Shown here: piece by piece, positions 58,697-64,000 of the stretch
Numbering within the stretch: position 1 is the first letter of the stretch
Layout: the number at the start of each line of letters is the position of its first letter
DNA from: an uncultured Chloroflexia bacterium
GTDB lineage: Bacteria > Chloroflexota > Dehalococcoidia > UBA2979
DNA: 64,000 nucleotides
Assembly (NCBI GenBank): GCA_963728205.1
Contig: CAVSIV010000006.1
Location: 96,001 to 160,000, forward strand
Direction of reading: 5' to 3'
Translations under genes and position numbers: made by a program
The notes under the pieces: model-generated
Told to the model about the DNA's origin: nothing
What the model saw: the letters and a program-made list of their open reading frames with translations, nothing else
Databases searched by the model: none

Positions 58697-59710
58697 TCAG
58701 CCCCCCGCGCCGTCGCCGCGCGCGCCGGTCGTCGCCGGCGCCGGGCTCGCGGCCGCCGCGGTACCCGCCAGCAGGTGGTGACCGGTCTCGCGCAGGAAGA
58801 CGTCGTCGAGCGTCGGCTCCGTCAGCTTCACCGCGTGCGTGTGCAGGCCGGCGCGGCCCACGGCGTCCAGCAACGCGGGGATCAGCCGGCTGCCGTTGCG
58901 CACGTAGAGCGTCAGCGACGCGTCGTCGCCGCGCACCTCCTCCACGCCCGCGACCGTCGCGAGCTCCACCCGCGCGCGCTCGTGCGCCGCGGCGTCGCCC
59001 TCGACGTCGAGCGAGACGACGTCGGCGCCGACCGTCGCCTTGAGCGCCGCCGGCGACCCCTTCGCGACGACGTGGCCGCGGTCGATGATCGCGACCTCGT
59101 CCGCCAGGCGGTCGGCCTCCTCGAGGTACTGCGTCGTGAGGAAGAACGTCACGCCCTGCTCGCGGTTGAGCGACTCGACGTAGCGCCACAGGGCCTCGCG
59201 GCTGATCGGGTCGAGCCCCGTGGTCGGCTCGTCGAGGAACACGATCCCGGGCTCGTGGATCAGCGCGGAGGCGAGGTCGAGCCGTCGCTTCATGCCGCCC
59301 GAGTAGGTGCCGATGCGGCGATCGGCTGCATCCTCGAGCTCGACGACCTCGAGCAGCTCGTCGATGCGCCGGCGCAGCGTCTGCGGGTGCAGGCCGAACA
59401 GCCGCCCCTGCAGCGTCAGCAGCTCGCGGCCGGTCTGGAGGTCGTCGAGCCCGACCTCCTGCAGCGCGACGCCGATGCGCGCGCGCACGAGCGCCGGCTG
59501 CCGCTGCACGTCGAGCCCGGCGACGAACGCCTCGCCGGAGGTCGGGCGCAGCAGCGTCGTGAGCATGCGGATGGTGGTGGTCTTGCCGGAGCCGTTCTGG
59601 CCGAGGAACCCGAACACCTGTCCCTGCTCGACGGACAGGTCCAGCGCGTCGACGGCCCGCACGCCGGGGAACTCCCGCGTCAGGCGTCGCGCCACGATCG
59701 CTTCGGCCAT
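58697..59710 (-). CDS. DrrA-like ABC ATP-binding protein
   Basis: GQNGSGKTT, YSGGMKRRLDLA, LDEPTTGLDP, TTQYLEEAD, PTLDDVFL. Confidence 0.93.
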   Translation of the reverse strand: MAEAIVARRLTREFPGVRAVDALDLSVEQGQVFGFLGQNGSGKTTTIRMLTTLLRPTSGEAFVAGLDVQRQPALVRARIGVALQEVGLDDLQTGRELLTLQGRLFGLHPQTLRRRIDELLEVVELEDAADRRIGTYSGGMKRRLDLASALIHEPGIVFLDEPTTGLDPISREALWRYVESLNREQGVTFFLTTQYLEEADRLADEVAIIDRGHVVAKGSPAALKATVGADVVSLDVEGDAAAHERARVELATVAGVEEVRGDDASLTLYVRNGSRLIPALLDAVGRAGLHTHAVKLTEPTLDDVFLRETGHHLLAGTAAAASPAPATTGARGDGAGG

Positions 59711-59980
59711 GCCGCCTCCACGCACCGACGCCGCGCGCGCACGGGTGAGCCCGGGCGCGGACCATCATCGTGACGGCAGACCGGTGCCCGGGCAAGCGCG
59801 AGAAGGCGAGCTGGGGCCGTCAGGCCGCTGTTTCCGGGCCCACACCGTGCCCAGCGGCCGCGATGCGATGTCGGCGGATGTCCAGCTCCCGCCCGGTGCG
59901 TCGCCGTCTCCCGCCTCGTGGGCGGCCGGCAATAGCGGCGCAATGTCCCCTGCTCGCCGCGGCACGCAGCGCCGGCGGAG

Positions 59981-61135
59981 TCAGTCCGCGCCCGCACCCT
60001 CCAGCGCGCAGAGCGGGTCCTCGTCCAGCCACGACCCGCTCACCCCATACGCGCGCGCGCGCGACCCGCCGCACAGGTCGGCGAACGCGCAGCGACCGCA
60101 CCGCCCGCGCAGCAGCGACGGGTCGCGCAGCGAGCGGAACAGCTCCGACCCGCGGTACACGTCCGCGATCGGCGCCGACCGCACGTTGCCGCCGCTCACC
60201 TGCAGAAAGCCCGACGGGCAGAGGTTGCCGAGGTGGTCGATGAAGAGGAAGCCCTTCCCGTCGTTCACGCCGCGCGTCTGCACCCCGGCCGGCGCCTCGC
60301 GCATCTGGTAGCCGGCGCCGGTGAGCCGCAGCGGCGCCGTGCCGCCCGCGTCCGACCGCGCGCGCCGCAGCAGCGTGCGGCGAAACTGCGGCGCCGCCGT
60401 CGTGCGCACGGCGAACGGCACCCGCGGACCGAGGTCGGCCATCCACTCCCACGTCCGCTCCGCCGTCTCCACGTCGATCATGTCCTCGCGCCGCGCCCGC
60501 CCGGTCGGCACGAGGAAGAACAGGTTCCACATCCGCACGCCGTGCTCGGTGAGGAAGGGCACCATCGCCGGCAGCTCATCGACGTTGCGCCGGCTCACCG
60601 TCGTCCCCACCTGCACGCCGATGCCGACGTCGTGCAGGTCGCCGAGGATGCGCATCGCCCGCGCGAACGTCCCCTCGAAGCCCCGAAACGCGTCGTGCGA
60701 CATCGCCCGCGCGCCGTCGACGCTCACGTGCACCATCTGCACGCCGAGGTCGCGCATGCGCTCCAGCCGCTCGCGCGTGACGAGCGCCGTCGTCGTCGGC
60801 GAGACCGACGTGCGCAGCCCGCGCCGGACCGCGTAGTCGACGATGTCGAAGAAGTCGGGCCGCATCAGCGGGTCGCCGCCGGTGAGCACGAGGACCGGCG
60901 GCGCGAGGTCCGCGAGCTGGTCGATCACGCCGCGCGCCTCGTCGAGCGTGAGCTCGTCGGGATGACGCTTCGGCTGCGCCTCGGCACGACAGTGCAGGCA
61001 CGCGAGCGCGCACGACCGCGTCAGCTCCCACGCCACCGTGAACGGCCGCTCGTCGAAGTCGACCGACAGCAGCTCCGGCTTCGCGCCGAACGCCGGTCGC
61101 TCCGGTCGCGTGCCGACCGCCTCAGGCGCCGGCAC
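59981..61135 (-). CDS. Radical SAM/SPASM protein, AhbD/NirJ-like (TIGR04053-type)
   Basis: WELTRSCALACLHCRA, TGGDPL, FFLVPTGR, PSGFL, CGRC...CGGSRARAY, DPLC. Confidence 0.82.
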   Translation of the reverse strand: MPAPEAVGTRPERPAFGAKPELLSVDFDERPFTVAWELTRSCALACLHCRAEAQPKRHPDELTLDEARGVIDQLADLAPPVLVLTGGDPLMRPDFFDIVDYAVRRGLRTSVSPTTTALVTRERLERMRDLGVQMVHVSVDGARAMSHDAFRGFEGTFARAMRILGDLHDVGIGVQVGTTVSRRNVDELPAMVPFLTEHGVRMWNLFFLVPTGRARREDMIDVETAERTWEWMADLGPRVPFAVRTTAAPQFRRTLLRRARSDAGGTAPLRLTGAGYQMREAPAGVQTRGVNDGKGFLFIDHLGNLCPSGFLQVSGGNVRSAPIADVYRGSELFRSLRDPSLLRGRCGRCAFADLCGGSRARAYGVSGSWLDEDPLCALEGAGAD

Positions 61136-62327
61136 CGACGGCCACCTCTCCCGCGATCTCGTCGTCCCGGAGGTAGCAGAGCGGGTCCTCCGCCCACAGG
61201 TCGCCCGTCGTCGCCTCGGCGCGCGAGCGGAAGTTGCCGTTGCACACCGACACGAAGCGGCACGCCTTGCAGCGCTCAGGCAGGCGGTCGCCGCGATCGC
61301 GCAGCAGGCGCAGCAGCTCGGGCGGGTCCTGCGCCCAGGTCTCGCTGAACGGCCGCTCGCGCACGTTGCCGAGCGGGCGCCAGCGCCAGAACTGGTCGCC
61401 GTAGATCGTGCCGTCGGAGTCGACGCACGCGATCGCCTCGCCCGACTGGTTCCCGCCGTTCCACTGCAGCAGCTGCCACACCGAGGCCGCGCGCTCCGGC
61501 TGCTCACGCGCCACGGACATCCACAGGTACGCCGCGTCGGCGTGGTTGTCGGCCGTCAGCACCTCGGTCTCGAAGCCCTGCGCCGCCAGCGTGCGCGTGC
61601 GCTCGAAGACGAGGTCGAGCGCCGCGCGCGTCTCCTCAGCGGTCGGCGCGAACTTCTGGATGCGCGCCCCGCGGCCCGTCGGCGCGAGGTGGTAGATGCA
61701 TAGCCGGTGCACGTCACGCTCGACCATCAGGTCGAACACCCACGGCAGGTCGTCCTGGTTCGCCTTCGTCAGCGTGAAGCGCAGCCCCGTCTTCAGCCCC
61801 GCATCGCGGCACGCCTCCAGCGCGCGCATCGACGCCTCGAACGCGCCGACCGACCCGCGGAAGCGATCGTGCGTCTCCGGCCGGCCGTCGATGCTGATGC
61901 CGACGTACGACGCGCCGATGTCGGCCAGCCGCTGCGCCCGGTCGGGCGTGACGAGCGTGCCGTTCGTCGAGAACACCACGCGCATCCCGCGCAGCACGGC
62001 GTACGCCGCGACCGTCTCCACGTCGGGGCGGCGAAACGGCTCGCCGCCCGAGATGAGGAGCACCGGCGAGCCGAAGGCCGCGAGGTCGTCCACCATCGCG
62101 AAGGCCTCGTCGGTCGTCAGCTCGCCCGGGTAGTCGCGGTCGAACGAGTCGGTGTAGCAGTGCGCGCAGTGCAGGTTGCAGCGGTGCGTCGAGGTCCACA
62201 CCACGACCGGCTTCTTGTCTTCGGAGTAGTGCAGCAGGTGCGACGGCAGCCGCCGGCTATGGCGCTCGTAACGGAGCGCGTCCCCCTCGGTCACCGTGCC
62301 GTTCAGCAAACGCGAGACGCTCAGCAT
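61122..62327 (-). CDS. ahbC: Radical SAM Fe-coproporphyrin synthase (12,18-didecarboxysiroheme deacetylase)
   Basis: N-terminus DALRY..S..LPSHLL.YS.DKKPVVVW characteristic of AhbC; CNLHCAHCY; WNGGN; SPASM Cys; GGAGGT RBS. Confidence 0.85.
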   Translation of the reverse strand: MLSVSRLLNGTVTEGDALRYERHSRRLPSHLLHYSEDKKPVVVWTSTHRCNLHCAHCYTDSFDRDYPGELTTDEAFAMVDDLAAFGSPVLLISGGEPFRRPDVETVAAYAVLRGMRVVFSTNGTLVTPDRAQRLADIGASYVGISIDGRPETHDRFRGSVGAFEASMRALEACRDAGLKTGLRFTLTKANQDDLPWVFDLMVERDVHRLCIYHLAPTGRGARIQKFAPTAEETRAALDLVFERTRTLAAQGFETEVLTADNHADAAYLWMSVAREQPERAASVWQLLQWNGGNQSGEAIACVDSDGTIYGDQFWRWRPLGNVRERPFSETWAQDPPELLRLLRDRGDRLPERCKACRFVSVCNGNFRSRAEATTGDLWAEDPLCYLRDDEIAGEVAVGAGA

Positions 62328-62456
62328 CGGCCGCACCTCCCTGTGGCCGAGTAGAGCCCCGGGCAGCACCCCGGGCAACGGTGCGAAATCTGGGCAAACA
62401 GGAGAAACCTGCGCGAACTTTGATCAGCATTTTGGCGGGGTAGGACGCCAGTTCCC

Positions 62457-62550
62457 GGCAAGCGGCGGCAGACATGCCGCCCACAGACGCGCGGCGCGAG
62501 CCGCGGACTGCGTCCGCGTTCTGTCGGCGGCGTATCTGCCGCCGCTTGCC
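62457..62550. repeat. REPIN-like doublet with an internal CGCGGAC/GTCCGCG hairpin
   Basis: Arms at 62457-62481 and 62526-62550. Confidence 0.88.
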
Positions 62551-62570
62551 CCGGGGGGTGACCACGATGC

Positions 62571-62777
62571 CTATAGCCGATCCCAGCGCACGCCCGTCAC
62601 GCCTGCGAGCTCGTACACCTGGCGCACGGCCAGGTCCTCTTCCGTTCAGTCGAACGTCGCGCGCAGGAGCTGGTCAAAGTCCGAGCGGTGGATCTCGTTC
62701 ACGGGCGGGGACGCGTTGAGCCGCTCGAGCAGCGCGAGCCCCGAGCGCAGCACCCGCCGGTGGAACGTCGACCGCAT
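62571..62777 (-). CDS. Small hypothetical protein with an in-frame TGA (43 aa if terminated, 68 aa if read through)
   Basis: GAGGTG RBS; MRSTFHRRVLRSGLALLERLNASPPVNEIHRSDFDQLLRATFD-TGA-TEEDLAVRQVYELAGVTGVRWDRL-TAG. Confidence 0.5.
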
Positions 62778-62891
62778 CACGTGCATCACCTCGCACCCGC
62801 CCTCGCGGGCCGCGCCGGCGCGCCGCCCCCGTCCGCGGCGGCGCGCCCCATGGTATGACGATGCGCATATCCGTGGACGGCCGGAGCTCCG

Positions 62892-64000
62892 ATGGCCATC
62901 GCCCGCTTCACACGACCACCGCACGTCGCGACCGGCCCCGCGACCGGCCTCGTGCTCACCGCGATCACCGCGGCCGCCGCCGGTCTGCGCCTGTTCGACC
63001 TCGGGCGTGCCGGCCTCGGCAACCTCTTCTACGCCGCCGCCATCCGCTCCGAGGGCCTCTCGCTGCACAACTTCTTCTACGCGGCGTTCGACCCCGCCGG
63101 CACGCTCACCGTCGACAAGCCGCCGCTGGCACTCTGGCTGCAGGTGCTGTCCACGAAGGCGCTGGGCTTCCACGGCGTCGCGATCATCCTGCCGATGGCG
63201 CTCGCCGGGACGGCGGCGGTCCCGCTGCTCTTCGGCGCGGCGCGGCGCAGCCACGGGTTCGCGGCCGCCCTCGCCGCCGCCGCGGTGCTCGCCGTCTTCC
63301 CCGAGTCGGTCGCCACCGCGCGCGACTCGACGATGGACGCGCTGATGATGGCGCTGCTCGCCGCCGGGGCGTGGCTGCTCGTCGCCGCCGTCGAGTCGCG
63401 GCGCGCGGGGCTGCTGCTCGCGTGGGCCGTGCTCATGGGCGTCGTGTTCAACGTGAAGTTCTTCGAAGGCTGCATCGTGCTGCCGGCCGCCGCGGTCTAC
63501 GTCGGCGTGCGCTGGCGTGGCGAGTGGCGCGCGCGGCTGCCGCTGCTCGCGTCCGGCGCCGCCGTGACGGCGGTGATCGCGCTCTCGTGGGTGACGTTCG
63601 TGCAGCTCACGCCGGCGTCGCACCGCCCGCTCGTGATGAACGACGCCGCGAACAGCCCGTACGGACTGATGCTCCGCTACAACGGCGTCGAGCGCGTACG
63701 GCCCGGGCCGGTCGCCATCTTCGAGCCGGTCATCGACACGCCGGCCGTGGTCGCCGCGACCGCGCTCGCCGCGCGGCAGTACGGCGTCGGCGACGCCGGC
63801 CCGCTGCGCCTCTTCCGCGACGCCAACGGCACGCTCCTCGGCACGACGATCCTGCTGTCGCTGCTCGGCGTCGCCATGGTCGCGTGGCGGCGGCGCGACT
63901 GGCTCGACGGGCCGGGCGCGCTGTGGACGGCGTGGCTGCTGTCCGGCGCCGTGCTGTTCACGTTCTCGAACCGGTCGGCGGCGCAGTACACGGAGGCGTA
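62892..64000 (+). CDS. GT39/PMT_2 (ArnT/YkcB-like) membrane glycosyltransferase, partial
   Basis: Manual translation GNLFYAAAIRS...NFFYAAFDPAGTLTVDKPPLALWLQ, FNVK; runs off the window end. Confidence 0.85.
   Translation, partial: MAIARFTRPPHVATGPATGLVLTAITAAAAGLRLFDLGRAGLGNLFYAAAIRSEGLSLHNFFYAAFDPAGTLTVDKPPLALWLQVLSTKALGFHGVAIILPMALAGTAAVPLLFGAARRSHGFAAALAAAAVLAVFPESVATARDSTMDALMMALLAAGAWLLVAAVESRRAGLLLAWAVLMGVVFNVKFFEGCIVLPAAAVYVGVRWRGEWRARLPLLASGAAVTAVIALSWVTFVQLTPASHRPLVMNDAANSPYGLMLRYNGVERVRPGPVAIFEPVIDTPAVVAATALAARQYGVGDAGPLRLFRDANGTLLGTTILLSLLGVAMVAWRRRDWLDGPGALWTAWLLSGAVLFTFSNRSAAQYTEA

Noticed and set aside
62380-62435. FNR or Rex box upstream of ahbC
   Set aside because: Only one TTGAT half-site and a weak Rex-like match; too degenerate to call.
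14288-62550. Palindromic repeats as a CRISPR array
   Set aside because: The copies are dispersed and inverted, not direct repeats with unique spacers, and there are no cas genes.
59981-62777. RiPP cluster (mycofactocin/PQQ-like) made of two SPASM enzymes plus a small ORF
   Set aside because: The first enzyme has the AhbC-specific N-terminus, there is no PqqD/RRE domain, and the small ORF lacks a recognisable precursor motif.
44-63623. Many long Arg/Ala/Gly/Pro-rich ORFs (e.g. 4056-7343, 19001-22651, 24773-27601, 32162-35071, 55047-57932)
   Set aside because: Shadow or antisense frames of real genes; stop codons are scarce in very GC-rich DNA and these ORFs show no recognisable motifs.

Overview
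Very GC-rich bacterial chromosomal segment, roughly 74% GC by eye. The gene content (class F sortase, AhbC, DUF169, CtpE-like ATPase, and a WxxFVPGAPxFVN secreted domain) suggests Chloroflexota, perhaps Dehalococcoidia-like; this is inference. It holds about 65 genes: acyl-CoA ligase, ProU-type osmoprotectant ABC transporter, flap endonuclease, several ABC exporters, ppsA, a P1B-5 ATPase with a hemerythrin domain, YceI, MscS, an ApbE/ferric-reductase cluster beside an OmpR-type two-component system, lemA-htpX, a MacAB-like pump, phoU/ppk2, ahbC plus a second radical SAM gene, and a GT39-like glycosyltransferase. I saw no rRNA, tRNA, CRISPR, transposase or integrase. Most long Arg/Ala/Gly-rich ORFs in the track are shadow frames. 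Main leads: (1) an ApbE + diheme cytochrome b operon whose only candidate flavinylation substrates are two membrane-tethered low-complexity proteins, one with an SGAT motif hidden by a frameshift; (2) a REP/REPIN-like palindrome family at nine loci; (3) a small ORF with an in-frame TGA followed by a SECIS-like hairpin; (4) DosR-like boxes and two DosR-like stand-alone receivers around an energy/redox block; (5) a promoter-to-terminator structured RNA or micropeptide locus after ppsA; (6) a sortase F with non-canonical PxxTGxAG substrates; (7) a P-type ATPase with PVGL in place of PEGL. Three +1 frameshifts in short homopolymers are probably assembly errors.
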